Source: Squalus acanthias
Taxonomy: Eukaryota
Direction of reading: 5' to 3'
DNA: 64,000 nucleotides
Assembly (NCBI GenBank): GCA_030390025.1
Contig: CM059449.1
Coordinates: 15,376,001-15,440,000, forward strand
The translations under genes and the position numbers were made by a program. How positions within the stretch are numbered: the stretch's first letter is position 1; each line of letters starts with the position of its first letter. This document shows, piece by piece, positions 36,691 to 49,517 of this stretch. The notes below the pieces were generated by a model, which saw nothing but the letters and a program-made list of their open reading frames with translations, made no database searches and was not told where the DNA came from.

Positions 36691-38049
36691 CTAAAATGCT
36701 AAAACTATTTGTTATGCCAACACCTACAGTGCAGAAGCGTCCCAACATCGGACTGAGGAAGATGGAAGACGGGATGAATTAAGCAGTATTGAAGGACTAC
36801 TTCCAAGCTTGGGCTTTAACAGTCTGTCGATTGTAGGGGAAAATGGACTGGATGGAGTGAGCAGTTCCTCATTTGTAACGTCTTGCATAGGAATGAGGTG
36901 GATTAGGGCACTATGGATGGAGATTTGATTTCAACGCAGTTACAATGGAGGGAAGAGCCATGGCTGATAGGCAGACGTGCTTGGAGCTTAGAAGAAAGAA
37001 GGAGAAAGTTAATCACCATGGCAGTCGAGATAAATATAAAATAAAGTTGGAAAGTAGAGAGAGGTGTTAGAGGCCATTGTGGGGATGGGGTAGGTGAAGA
37101 ATGGCGTATCTGACGACAAGCTTCTTGCATGTTAAATTGTTCATCTGCAGAAAGAAATGTGCCAGTAAAGCGGCGGACAGGGAACCGCAGAGGAAATCCA
37201 CATTAGTGTTGATATCATGCAGACATGCGGCGCAGGGTTCGGATCACTTTGCAGATTGACAAGGGATTACCAAGAAAAAGGAATATTACAACTACCTTGA
37301 GTTAAAACATAGATCATGGGAACCGGTGAACTAGAGCAATGTTAGGAAGCAAACGAGAGTTAGAAAAAGCGCGAGACTTGCAAGCAGCGACAGTTAACTA
37401 AATAAGTACTTTATTGGCTTAGAGAAAGAAATGAGCTAAAAATAGCGTTTATATAACCTCATGACGTTGATCAGAAACGGCTCAAAGCGCCTCACGCCCG
37501 ATGAGTAACTGAGAAGTGCAGTGGTTGCTGTGACGTAGGGACACCCTGCAGCCAATCTGCGCACAGCAAAAAAAAACCCGAACTGCGATGAGATGGGACT
37601 TTTGCCATTGGCTGAGGAAGGCTAGGAACCTCCTTCTAATCGAGCAGTGCTACAACCAGGCAGTGAATCAAGGCAATGCCCCTAGTGTAGGGCCTTCATG
37701 TTCAATGTCTCATCCCAAGGATAACACCTGCGACAGTGCACCTCGCCTTGATTACCACATGCCAGTGTAAACCCACATAATATCCTTCCGTTCCGATGTT
37801 TTGGCCCAAACATTCATGACTCGGAGGCAAGCTGACAAATAGAACAACTGACAAATGGACAGCAATGCGATTTCTGGGGAATGAACAAAGAAAATAGCTC
37901 TTTCAAGTCTTCAAGTTAAATTAATTATACGAACTTCATTATCGTTTTTTCAAACAGTGCGAGTTCGATATTCACCAAATCACAGAAATGACAGAGAAGC
38001 ATGGCTTGTAGAAGTACAAAGAATAATTATTTTTTTCAAATCTCCTCAG

Positions 38050-38163
38050 CTCGAGGATACGCCACGAGGAACTCGCGGATTCTTTGGTACATCAGAACGT
38101 GGATAATGGTTGCACTGATCCTTACGGGGATCGTCCTCTCTCAGCGCATCTGCCCCATCAGAG
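38050..38163 (+). CDS. NCR3: NCR3-like gene A, stalk/transmembrane exon with intramembrane Arg
   Basis: ctcctcag|CT CGA...AGA G|gtactg, translating RGYATRNSRILWYIRTWIMVALILTGIVLSQRICPIR. Phase 1-1. Confidence 0.82.
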
Positions 38164-38349
38164 GTACTGACATTGAAGTTAAATTTACAGCATTTCACAT
38201 ACATAAAAGATGAAATCATAGAATTGCACTTGCAATGCGCACATCCTCATTTTATATATAAGTATTGATTACAGAAGTAGATGCTTTCAGAATATCAAAC
38301 TATGTCTTAAATTCAGTTTAATCTTTTTTTTCTCTCTTTCTACTGTCAG

Positions 38350-38383
38350 TTCATTGCACATTTGGCCCACTTCCAGAGTCAAG
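38350..38383 (+). CDS. NCR3: NCR3-like gene A, cytoplasmic mini-exon
   Basis: Long pyrimidine tract + cag|TTCATTGC...TCAAG|gttggt, translating VHCTFGPLPESR. Phase 1 to 2 fits both neighbours. Confidence 0.55.
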
Positions 38384-38485
38384 GTTGGTAAATGGAAACA
38401 TTACCGATTTTAAGTGAAGTCTATTTCGTCCCTGAAACACTTGCAAGTGATTAATTTATCTTCTTCTGGTTTTTTTCCCCGGAAG

Positions 38486-38528
38486 GGTCGAGTCCATCTA
38501 CGAAGACATTGATTTTACTGGTGGGTGA
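38486..38528 (+). CDS. NCR3: NCR3-like gene A, cytoplasmic exon with tyrosine motif
   Basis: ttttcccccggaag-type acceptor, then G GTC GAG TCC ATC TAC GAA GAC ATT GAT TTT ACT G (VESIYEDIDFT). Followed by either donor gtgggt at 38521 or read-through to TGA at 38526-38528. Confidence 0.55.
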
Positions 38529-38814
38529 CCAATCCTCAGGTCAAGTTTGCTTCCTTTAGCTTTCGTTAAAGTTACTACATTTTGCTTCGTTACACCAGGA
38601 ACGTCTCCTTGATTTATTGTTCCCTTCAATGTTTTTGTATCTGTTACTAAACGCTAATTATATACAGGAATAAGTTTGGAGTTGAGACACATTTTCGGGG
38701 AGGCGGCATTTCTCTGTATTTAATCCGCTGCATATCCGCCCTCTGAATAATTGATGGGGCATTGCAGAGTGTTACTTTTTGCCTACCTATTCTACACCTA
38801 GCATGACAATATTT

Positions 38815-39395
38815 ATAGGAACGTAGGAACAGAATGAGGCCATTCAGCCCCCCAGCCCATTCCGCCATTCAATTAGATCGTGGCTGATCTGTATCAGAAC
38901 CCCATTTACCCGCCTTGGTTCCGTAACCCTTAATACCCTTACCCAACAATAATCTATCAATCTCAGTACTGACGTTTTCAATTGACCCCCCAGCCTCAGC
39001 AGCTTTTTGGGGGAGAGAGTTCCAGATTTCCACTATCGTTTGTGTGAAGAAGTGCTTCCTGACATCACCTGAACGGCCTAGCTCTAATTTTAAGGTTATG
39101 CCCCCTTGTTTTGGACTCCACCACCAGAGGGAATAGTTTATCTCTATCTATCCTATCAAATACTTTACTAATCTTAAACACCTCGATGAAATCACCCCTT
39201 ATTCTTCTATATTCAAGGGAATAGAAGCCTAGTCTAAGCAACCTGTCCTCATAATTTAACCCTTTTTGCGCCGGTATTATTCTGGTCAATCTGCGCTGCT
39301 CCCCCTCCAAGGCCGATATATCCTTCCTGAGGTGCGGTGCCCAGATCTGAATACAGTTCTCCTGATGGGGTCTAACCACAGCTCTGTACAGCCCA
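38815..39395 (-). mobile_element. CR1 LINE 3' fragment (followed by a SINE head fragment to ~39482)
   Basis: Minus ORF with SLEYRRIRGDFIEVFK plus a CR1 tail. Confidence 0.82.
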
Positions 39396-39513
39396 GATTT
39401 TGTGCTCCAGTCTCTGGGATGGGAATTAAACCCACAACCTCCTGACTCAGAGGCGAGAGGGCTACCAACTGAGCCTTGGCTGAGACTGTGAGCAGAGATA
39501 TAGGTCTTTATGT

Positions 39514-39980
39514 ATTGTCGTATGAGGAGAGATTGGGTCGACAAGGCCTGTATTCACTAGAGTTTAAAAGAATGAGAGGGGACCTAATTGAAACGTATAA
39601 CATTCTGACAGGGCTAGACAGACTGGATGCAGGGAGGATGTTTCCCCTGGCTGGGGGGTCTAGAACGAGGGGTCACAGTCTCAGGATATGGGGTAGGACA
39701 TTTAGGACTGAGATGAGGAGAAATTTCTTCACTCAGAGGGTGGTGAACCTGTGGAATTCTCTACCACAGAAGGCTGTGGAGGCCAAGTCACTGAATATAT
39801 TTAAGAAGGAGATAGATAGATTTCTGGACACAAAAGGCATTAAGGGGTGTGGGGAGAGAGCGGGGATATGGTATTGAGATAGAGGATCAACCATGATCAT
39901 ATTGAATGGCGGAGCAGGCTCGAAGGGCCGAATGGCCGACTCCTGCTCCTATTTTTCTATGTTTCTCTGTGTTTCTTATA
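39514..39980 (+). mobile_element. CR1 LINE 3' fragment
   Basis: LSYEERL...WNSLPQKAVEA...ERAGIWY plus tail. Confidence 0.88.
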
Positions 39981-40114
39981 ACTATTTATTGTTAATCAAT
40001 ATTAAACTTCCTCGAATCTGGAGACTGCGTCTGTGCCATTCAACTAATCAAAATCAGTCTTACTGAAATATTTTAACAATATATGTTCTAATGTACATAT
40101 TTTTATTGAATTAG

Positions 40115-40245
40115 AAACAGGAGGAAGGTGGCAACTGTTCAGCATAGGAACTGTTGAAGTCGAATTAATAAAAATAGAGGACACCTCCAGACAAACAGCC
40201 GTGTGGAACCAGTGTGCTCCCGACGTTACTGAAGGCAGCGCTTAG
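40115..40245 (+). CDS. Possible terminal exon of NCR3-like gene A (tentative)
   Basis: ttag| with phase-1 open frame ETGGRWQLFS...EGSA*. The acceptor is weak and there is no homology support. Confidence 0.2.
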
Positions 40246-40637
40246 CAATTCTGCAGACTCTGCTGAATACAACGTTCTGGCTGCAGATGTCCGCGTTCCC
40301 GGGCACCACTGGAGCCGCACAGGCAGCCAGCCACTATTTGGAACGTCACTGATACACTGACGAAGCTTTTCTGTCCGTTGGGTCTCGTGATTTTCCGGTA
40401 AACCAGCCATTAGGTGGCAGAGGGCCATGGTAAATCCCGCCCCTATTTCCGACAAACACACAAAAGAATAACGGTTGTATGCGAATATTAGGGTAGGGAA
40501 GCTTATTGGTAAATTCTGTTATTTTAAAGAGTCCATTATGTTTGCAAAGACAAGGGCCTAGAAATTCCTCTCGGATGGTGGCGCAGAACGGGCAGTATCA
40601 GATCGGCCACGCGGCACCTGATATTCAATTCTGTTGC

Positions 40638-41343
40638 AGTCAAGGGCCCCAAACACTCCTTCCAGGTGAAACATTGATTTACTTGCACTTCTTTCAAACT
40701 ATTAAACTTTATTCGCTGCTCACAATGCAGTTTCCTCTACATTGGGGAGTCCAAACGCAGATTGGGTGATCACTTTGCAGAACACCTCTGTTCAGTCCGT
40801 AAGCGTGACCCCGAGCTTCTGGTCACCTGTCACTTTAAATCTCCGCTCCACTCCCCCTCTGACGTCTCTGTCCTCGGCTTCCTACACTGTTCCAATGAAA
40901 CTCAGTATAAGCTCAAGGAACAGCACCTCATCTTTCGATTAGGCACTTTACAGCCTTCTGGACACAACAATGAGTTCAACAATTTCAGATTGTCCCCATT
41001 TTTTCGGATGGCAGCTGTTGATGATTCTGCTATTCCCATTTACACCTATCCTAGAACCATATTTTGTTTCTTTACTCGTCCCATTACCATCTCCTTTCGT
41101 TTTGCACCATCATCCCTTTTGTCATTTAATCTCTCCTGCCCTCCACCCTATCACAGACCTTCCCTTTTGTTCTTTGCTCCCCTCTCCCCTTTCCCTGCCT
41201 CTGCACCTGCTTGAAATCGATTACATCTCCAGCTTTTTCCAGTTCTGATGAATGGTCATCGACCTGAAACGTTAACTCAGTTTCTCTCTTCACTGATGCT
41301 GCCTGACCTGCTGAGTATTTCCAGCATTTTCTGTTTTTATTTA
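40638..41343 (+). mobile_element. Penelope-like element 3' fragment (frameshifted GIY-YIG)
   Basis: Homologous to the reverse complement of 2715-3450 (GDHFAEH, EQHLIFRLGTLQPSG). Confidence 0.9.
41241..41277 (+). ncRNA. Minimal hammerhead ribozyme (slightly degenerate)
   Basis: AGTT-CTGATGA-AT-GGTC-ATC-GACC-T-GAAA-CGTT-AACT. Confidence 0.7.
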
Positions 41344-42879
41344 ACATTATATTTCATATCAACTAATCTGATATTTAATTAGTATCAGGATAACATCCCT
41401 AAAGTCACAAGGTATTTATATTTAATTGAGTATTGACGTATTTCGTTAATGCACATTTGATACCCTAATATTAATGATGTAATTAAAAGTGGCCTTTCAC
41501 TACTGGAACCTAGATTCAAATGCAACCCGCCTAATGGCACGATCACCTCATCTATCACCTGGCTGTATGCATTCTATGCAACATTTAGGTACCGGTGGTC
41601 AGGGGCCCGTAGCAGAAGTATGCCCAAAATCAGCACACCATATTTTTTGTAACAATATAGAGCGGAATTGACACTGGATGGAACAAATCGATTAAAATAT
41701 GTATGGGCTGGAAGATTTGTCATCATCTATATAAGGAGAGGCAAGAACACGACTTTCTACAGCGAGCAATGGAACTAAGTGACTGCATGTAAAATGTGAA
41801 AAGAATAAAATTAGGTTGCAGTGGGATCTCCCGGTCCATGTTCTTGTGCCGATAAGCTGTGCATAGACTTTGTAATTAATAAGTAACATCTTCTTACTAT
41901 TAAACCAATCTGTTGCATTTTATTCAATATACACGATGTCATCCTGAAGTTGATATACGTTTGAAATGATGACCACCACACATGCAATAGTCACATTTTT
42001 CCATTAAATTGGGGCTTCCCAAAATAATAGGGTCCCGCCCTCACCCGACTTTTCACTAGAGGTCATCCGGTAGCCACCAGGAGTGTCAGATTTAGCATAT
42101 TGCTCATTCCTCGTCCGGGGTTTCCAACACCAATTATAGTGACACTTGTTCATCCGGCACAGAGCGGGGCTCCAAACAGGGAATTTATAGCCCGGATGGC
42201 TCAATATATCTCGATCTTTGTCCAAAGGAAGATTCCATTAATTCCGGTCATTTCCAATGCGTTGTCAAAAGCGAGAAGACAGTCAGCACACTGAATGCTG
42301 CTCACGTGGTGGTTAAACCATGACTTTCATGTGATTGTTATACAGTTCTTTTAAAGTCAATCGGCACTGCAAATTGTCACTCTGAAACAGACAATTGTCA
42401 CTTAAATGCAAGCATAAAATTAATAGTCCGATATTGGCATTCTGTATTGGGTTGGTTTTCTGCGTCGCTGATCTGAAGGGTTTGAAGTAGAGGCTCAGAA
42501 GTGAACTACAGTCCGAAATAAAGCTTTGCCAACATGAAATTCCACAACAGATATTATAGAGTCTTGCTCCAAGCATTTCCCTCCGTGATATTTAGAACAC
42601 ATTTCATTCGACTCCAAATAAACATAACAGAACTTCAATTAAAACGGAACGCTCTCTAAATATGATACTATTAGGCTGTCAGCGGTCTATGTTATTAAGC
42701 AGCAAATCGGACACCAACTTCCGGCGTCCGCACAGGCGCAGTTAAAGCGGAAATTGTAAAGTTGCTATCCGAGTTTTCCTTCTCCGACTGTTTGCTATAA
42801 CAGGACCTCGCCGAGAGACTCGGCGTTCATTTACATTGTCGTAAGAAGCCATCTGGTTCACTAAATTCCTTTAGGCTCG

Positions 42880-45800
42880 AAGAGTGGTGTGGGAGGAAGG
42901 GGTTTCAGTTCATGGGGCACTGGCACCGGTACTGGGGAAAGAGGGAGCTGTTCCGTTGGGACGGGCTCCACTCAAACCGGGCTGGGACCAGTGTCCCAGC
43001 GAACTGAATAACTAGGGCAGTAGACAGGGCTTTAAACTAATGAAGGGGGGAGGTGGGGGGGGGGGGGTGCGGGAGGATTCAGGAAAGAGTACATTTAAAA
43101 GCAGTGAGAGAAATGTCAAGGTTCTAGAGCAGAGTAGAGTTTTGGGTAAAAATAATCAGAGTGGGTCAGGAAAGGGCAGAGAGAGTGACAAAGGTAATAA
43201 GGCATCAGTGACTAAGATGACATCAGGGAAAAAGAGAAATAAGTCAAAGGTGAAGGCACTATATCTGAATGCGCAAAGCATTTGCAACAAAATAGATGAA
43301 TTAATAGCGCAGATAGAAATTAACAGGTTTGATCTGATAGCCATAATGGAGACGTGGTTTCAAAGTGGCCAAGGTTGGGAACTAAATATTCCAGGATACT
43401 TAACTTTTAGAAAGGATAGTCAAAACGGAAAAGGAGGAGGGGTAGCCCTGATATTAAAGGATGGAATAAAGACAGTAGAGAGAAAGTATCTTAGCTCTGA
43501 AAATCAAGAAGTAGAATCAGTTTGGGTGGAGCTAAACAACAGCAAGGGGCAGCAAACATTGTTGGGAATTGTTTATAGGCCCCCAAGCAATAGTTGTAAT
43601 GTAGGGCAGAGTATAAATCAGGAAGTTGTAGGCACATGTAACAAGGGTAATACAGTAATCATGGGCGACTTTGATCTAAATATAGAGTGGGCAAACCGAA
43701 TTTGCAGTAATAGTGTGGAGGACGATTTCATGGAATGTATGCAAGATAGTTTTCTAGATCAGTATGTTAAGGAACCAACTAGGGAAGAGGCTATTTTAGG
43801 TCTAGTATTGTGCAACGAGCAAGGGTTAATTAATAACCTTGTCGTAAAGGGGCCTTTAGGGAAGAGTGACCATAATAGGGTAGAATTTTATAGTGAGTTT
43901 GAAAGTGACTTAGTTAAATCCGAAACTAGTGTCTTAAATCAAACAAGGCAAACTACATAGGTATGAGGGGCGAGTTGGCTAAGGTAGATTGGGAAACTAC
44001 ATTAAAATGTATGACTGTGGACGAGCAATGGCTAGCATTTAAAGAATTAATACATAATTTACAACAGATATACATTCCTTTAAGGCACAAAAACCCCACA
44101 GGAAAAGTGGTCCAACCGTGGCTAACAAGAGAATTTAAAGATAGTATTAGATCAAAGGAAGAGGCTTATAATGCTGCCAAAAAGAATAGTAAGCCTGAGG
44201 ATTGGGAGGATTTTAGAATTCAGCAAAGGAGGACCAAGAAATTGATACAGAAAGGGAAATTAGAATATGGGAGTAAACTAGCGAGAGACATAAAAATAGA
44301 CTGTAAAAACTTCTATAAGTAAGTAAAAGGAAAAGATTAGCGAAAGTAAATGTGGGTCTCTTACAGGCTGAGACAGGAGAAATTATAATGGGGAATAAGG
44401 AAATGGCAGGGAAATTAAACAAATACAAGTGTCTGTCTTCATGGAAGAAGACACAAACAATTTCCTGGAAATAGTAGAAAACCAAACGTCTAGCGAGAAT
44501 GAGGAACTGAAAGATATTAGTATTAATAAAAATGTAGTACTGGAGGAATTAATGGGACTGAAAGCCGATAAATCCCTTGGACCTGATGGCCTACATTCTA
44601 GGGTTTTGAAAGAGTTGGCTATAGAGGTAGTGGATGAATTGGTTGTCATTTTCTGAAATTCCATAGATTCTAGAACGGTTCCTGCGGATTGGAAGGTAGG
44701 AAATGTAACCACACTATTTAAGAAAGGTGGGAGAGAGAAAATAGGGAACTACAGACCAGTTAGCCTGACATCAGTAGTAGGGAAAATGCTAGAATCTATT
44801 ATTAAAGACGTGGTAATAGGGCACTTAGAAAATAATAATAGGATTGGGCAGAGTCAACACGGATTTATGAAAGGGAAATCGTGTTTGAGAAATTTATTAG
44901 AGTTTTTTGAGGTTGTAACTAGCAGACTAGATAAGGTGGGACCAGTGGACGTGGTTAATTTGGATTATCAGAAGGCATTCAATAAGGTGCAACACAAGAG
45001 GTTATAAACAAAATTAGGGCTCATGGGATTGGCGGTAATATACAAGGATGGACTGAGAATTGGTTAACGGACAGAAAACAGAGTAGGAATAAACGGGTCA
45101 TTTTCGGGTTCGCAAGCTGTAACTAGTGGGGTACCGCAAGGATCAATGCTTGGGCCTCAGCTATTCACAATCTACATCAATGATTTGGATGAGGGGACCA
45201 AATGTAATATATCAAAGTTTGCTGATGACACAAAGCTGGGCGGGAATGTAAGTAATGAGAAGGATGCAAGGAAGCTTCAAGGGGATATAGTCAGGTTAAA
45301 TGAATGGGCAAGAACATGACAAATGGAATATAATGTTGAGAAATGTGAAGTTATCCACTTTGGTAGGAAAAACAGAAAAGCAGAGTATTTTTTATATGGT
45401 GAGAGATTGGGAAATGTTGGTGTTCAGAGGGACCAGGATGTCCGTGTACAAGAAAGTTAACATGCAGGTACAGCATGAAACTAAGAAAGCAAATGTCGGC
45501 CGTTATTACACGAGGATTTGAGTATAAGAGTAAAGACCTCTTTCTGCAATTATATAGGGCCCTGGTGAGGCCAGACCTGGAGTATTGTGTACAGTTTTCG
45601 TCTCCTTACCTAAGAAAGGATATACTTGCCATACAGGGAATGCAACGAAGGTTCACCAGACTCGTTCCTGGGTCGGTGGGATTGTCCTATGAGGACAGAT
45701 TGAGTTGACTAGGCCTATATTCTCTGGAGGTGATCTCACTGAAACATACAACATTCTTACAGGGCTTGACAGGGTAGAACGAGGGATGGATGTTTCCCCT

Positions 45801-46127
45801 GGCTGGGGAGTCTAGAACTAGGGGTCACAGTCTCAGAATATAAGGTCGGCCATTTAGGACTGAGATGAGGAGAAATTTCTTCACTCAGAGGGTGGTGAAT
45901 CTTTCGAATTCTCTACCCCCAGAGGACAGTGGAGGCTCAGTCGTTGAGTATATTCAAGACAGAGATCGATAGATTTTTGAATATTAAGGGCGTGAAGGGA
46001 TATGGGGATAGTTCATAAAGTGGAGATGAGGTAGAAGATCAGCCATGATCTTATTGAATGGCGGAGCAGGCTGGTAGGGCCAAATGGCTTACTGCTGCTC
46101 CTATTTCTTATGTTCTTATGTTCTTAT
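42880..46127 (+). mobile_element. Long CR1 LINE: ORF1 C-terminus plus complete but disrupted ORF2 (APE endonuclease + RT)
   Basis: Endonuclease motifs LYLNAQSI, IMETW, VYRPP, MGDF and SDH in 43040-43960. RT pieces lie downstream with stops and frameshifts. Tail (ttcttatg)n. Confidence 0.92.
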
Positions 46128-46342
46128 GAAATCTGCCGTCCTTACCCGGTCTGGCCTACATGTGACTGCAGGCCCACAGCAATGTGGTTGACTCTTAACT
46201 GCCCCTCTGAAATGGCCTAGCAAGCCACTCAGCTATATTCAAGAAGACGGCTCACCACCACCTTCTCGAGGGCAATTTGAGATGGGCAATAAATGGTGGC
46301 CTTGCCAGCGATGCCCACATCCCAGGAACGAATAAAAAAAAA
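46128..46342 (+). mobile_element. SINE family 2, 3' half
   Basis: aaatctgccgtccttacccggtctggcc body plus family-B tail. Confidence 0.72.
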
Positions 46343-47685
46343 TACATGCAACGACGTGAAGCTGTGGTACTTACCCACTCCATCTCTCGTTTAAGGTTTC
46401 CAGTTCTAAGTATTATTAATAATCAACAAATATCTCCAAATTGCATGATTAAATTGCATTTTGTGAAGCAAAGCACTCTGGTGGATTGCGGACTTGATGC
46501 AGCTGATTCTCGTTTCTTCATTTACCGGTTTCTGCCGGACGGTACCGATCGGAAATGCAGCGGGATTGGACCCTACCCACTTAACGTCGTTTCCCGGAGG
46601 CCAGAGTGATTATCCAGTGGCAGAGAGCTCAGGATATGGATGTGGCGCTGTCCTTAGATGGGCACACAGGACTGGATTTATCGTGGGATGACTTCTAACA
46701 GTCCATGGGCGTGACATTGTTCATGGGCGATAGGGCAAAATGGGCTCTAGTGGATGGAAAGCACATTTTACACCCCGCCCAATTTCCTATTCCATTTATG
46801 GCTGTTTCACTATCGACCGTTTTGTGCTAGCGCCCATGCTCTCTTTGGCTTTCACCAGCCCTTTGTCCACATTTATGCTGTTTTTACACCGACTTTTATT
46901 TATTGGCACCGGGAGTTTGGCAATAAATAGCTCAGAGCTGGCATCTGGGGGAAAGGTTGGAAATTGGTCTTCATTACGCCCATTTTCTGCGTGGAAAATG
47001 GGGACAAAAATTACCAGTTTCGCAGGACTATGCCCTGCGCCCCAACGACAGCTGAAATATGTCCAGAGCCATATTGGCCTCATGGTTTTTCCGGCGGCCT
47101 GGGCGGCCAACTTGAACAGGCGTTAGCTACCTTGAATATCTTTATACCCTTTTCCCCAATGTTTCCTTCGAAGTCACGGTGGATGATCATGTAAACCCTC
47201 ATAGAAATTCAACCCCTAACTGTATAATGAATAGTTCGGAGGCAAGAAACAATGTGTTAAAATAACACTATTTAATTGAAATCGATTAGTAATTAACCTT
47301 AAAGTATTTCTCCATCGAACGCTGGACAGGTAAGTAAGGAATATAACAACGCTATAAGGCTCCTGAGCTATTGCAGAGATCTGTCTCTGTGCCTTTGAGC
47401 TTACTTATTTTCAGAGAGGCCTACATAAGATGCTTTTGGAAAATATGTCACACGGTGCGGGGAGTCTATGCCATGGTGTACTCCTTTGTGTTGAGGATCC
47501 CGACCGCACGGTGTAAAGCTGCTTGCAATGTTTTCAATCATATTTTAAATGATTGTTTTGACAGTTAAGTGAAATTCTACAACTAATGTTAATTTAATGC
47601 GTAGTCCCAAATATTTCCTTGGGAATGCAAGGAAAGTTTAGCAAGTTATCAAAGGCAAACATATTTACTTAGAAACTGAAACATA

Positions 47686-48078
47686 ACAACAACAACAACT
47701 TGTATTTAAACAGCGCCTTTAACGTAGTAAAACGTCACAAGGCGCTTCACAGGAGCGATTATTAAACACAATTTGACTCCGAGCCACATAAGGAGATATT
47801 AGGACAGGTGACCAAAAACTTGGTCGAAGAGGTAGGTTTTAAGGAGCGTCTTTATGGAGGAAAGAGAGGTAACGAGGTGGAGAGGTTTAGGGAGGGAATT
47901 CCAGAGCTTAGGGCCCAGGCAGCTGAAGGCACGGCCACCAATAGTTGAGCGATTGAAATCGGGGATACTCAAGAGGGCAGAATTAGAGGAGCGCAGATAT
48001 CTTGGGGCTGGAGGAGATTACAGAGATAGGGAGGGGCGAGGCCATGGAGGGATTTGAAGACAAGGATGACTATTTAAA
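47686..48078 (-). mobile_element. L2 LINE 3' end
   Basis: Reverse complement of the 26238-26697 family, with an (aac)n tail. Confidence 0.82.
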
Positions 48079-49257
48079 GAACACATTTTCAAATCTAAGA
48101 CGGACCGAAGTAATTAAACAGCAGGATAACCAGTGGTCCACACTGCAGCTATTTAATGCAGCAGCTCACCAACATGAAAATATTAAAGAGTCTTCGTGCT
48201 AAAGGTCTATAATGTAAGTGTCTTTGAATGTTTCGCAAATATGGAACTGCCAACTTGATCAAGTTGCCGCACTGAGACTTGTGTATTGCCAAGAATGACT
48301 TGCAGGGACTTGGTCTGGACGGAAGACAATTTAACACGGCAGTCTTCGTATTACAGTGAGTCTTTGTATCGGAGTGAGTCTGTGCTTTCCATCCATCCGC
48401 CCAGCTTCACTGTGCCATCATTATCTTCTTCCTGCTGAAGTCAAAAGAAGTGAAGGCACATGCCGAATTAGTAAAACATAATTTGGGAAATCTCCGAACG
48501 GTTATTCAGTAAGCAATAGTTCCAGATTGGTGGAGAATAGAATTCACTTTAGTATCAGGAATAGGATTTTTGGCAAGTCAAGCTCTTCACTTTATGAAGG
48601 AAACATTGAAGATTTTAAAACCTGTTCTAAATTCCGAGAGACTTGAAGTAAATGAGCAGAGGAAAATGTGCTATTCCAAACACAATCCTAAATTCTTCTG
48701 ATCAATAACCAGTGTTTCTTCTTCGTCCTGTTTATTTTAATTTCACTCCAGATGTTTTGACTTAACGGTACTCTTGAAACTTCTATACGAACTGTTGCCA
48801 ATGTTTTATCTTGAAATGCGTGATACAGTGGTTTTTTGACCACCAGTTAATGAGCAAAATGCTTGATTCGCTTTATTTTACTTGACTAAATGAGTTTGAC
48901 TCCCAATTTGGCTTAGAAATAAGTAGTTATGTACAATTTAATCTTACTCAAGCGCGCTACATAGAGTAGAACAAGGCAGCACCTACTGGAACATAACATG
49001 GCTTAGCATTGTTTTTCCTACGGACCAAGATGGGGAGGCTAATTGTTCATCGTACTGATCACTCTGAGGTGGATGGGGTTTATTTTACAAGGATACAAGC
49101 GTTATGCCATGTAAGACACGGTATATTATTCTGCTACTAAGGTAGGAAAGCATCTCCTTAAAGCCACACAATACTATTATTGCTAAGTAAACACAGACTC
49201 AGGTCAATCTGAAAATGTCCAACATCAAACAATTAAACTCCGATGGAAATGTAGTCA

Positions 49258-49517
49258 GTAGGAACAGCCGAGGTGCATGGGAGCAGCATCACCTCCAAGT
49301 TCCCCTCCAAGTCACACGCCATCCCAAATTGGACATATATCGTCTTTCCTTCAATGTCGCTGGGTCAAAAATCCTGGAACTCTCTACCTCACAGCATTTT
49401 GGGAGTACCTTCACCCCACGGACTGCAGTGACTCAAGGAGGGGGCCCACCCCAACTTCTCAAGGGCAACTAGGGATGAACTAGCGGCGCCCACTTCCCCA
49501 GAACGAATAAAATAAAA
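49258..49517 (+). mobile_element. LINE family B 3' fragment (degenerate)
   Basis: GAWEQHHLQVPLQVT homology plus tail. Confidence 0.75.

Noticed and set aside
38815-39980. Back-to-back CR1 fragments as a twin-priming 5' inversion
   Set aside because: Both pieces carry their own 3' tails, belong to different subfamilies, and are separated by a SINE head.
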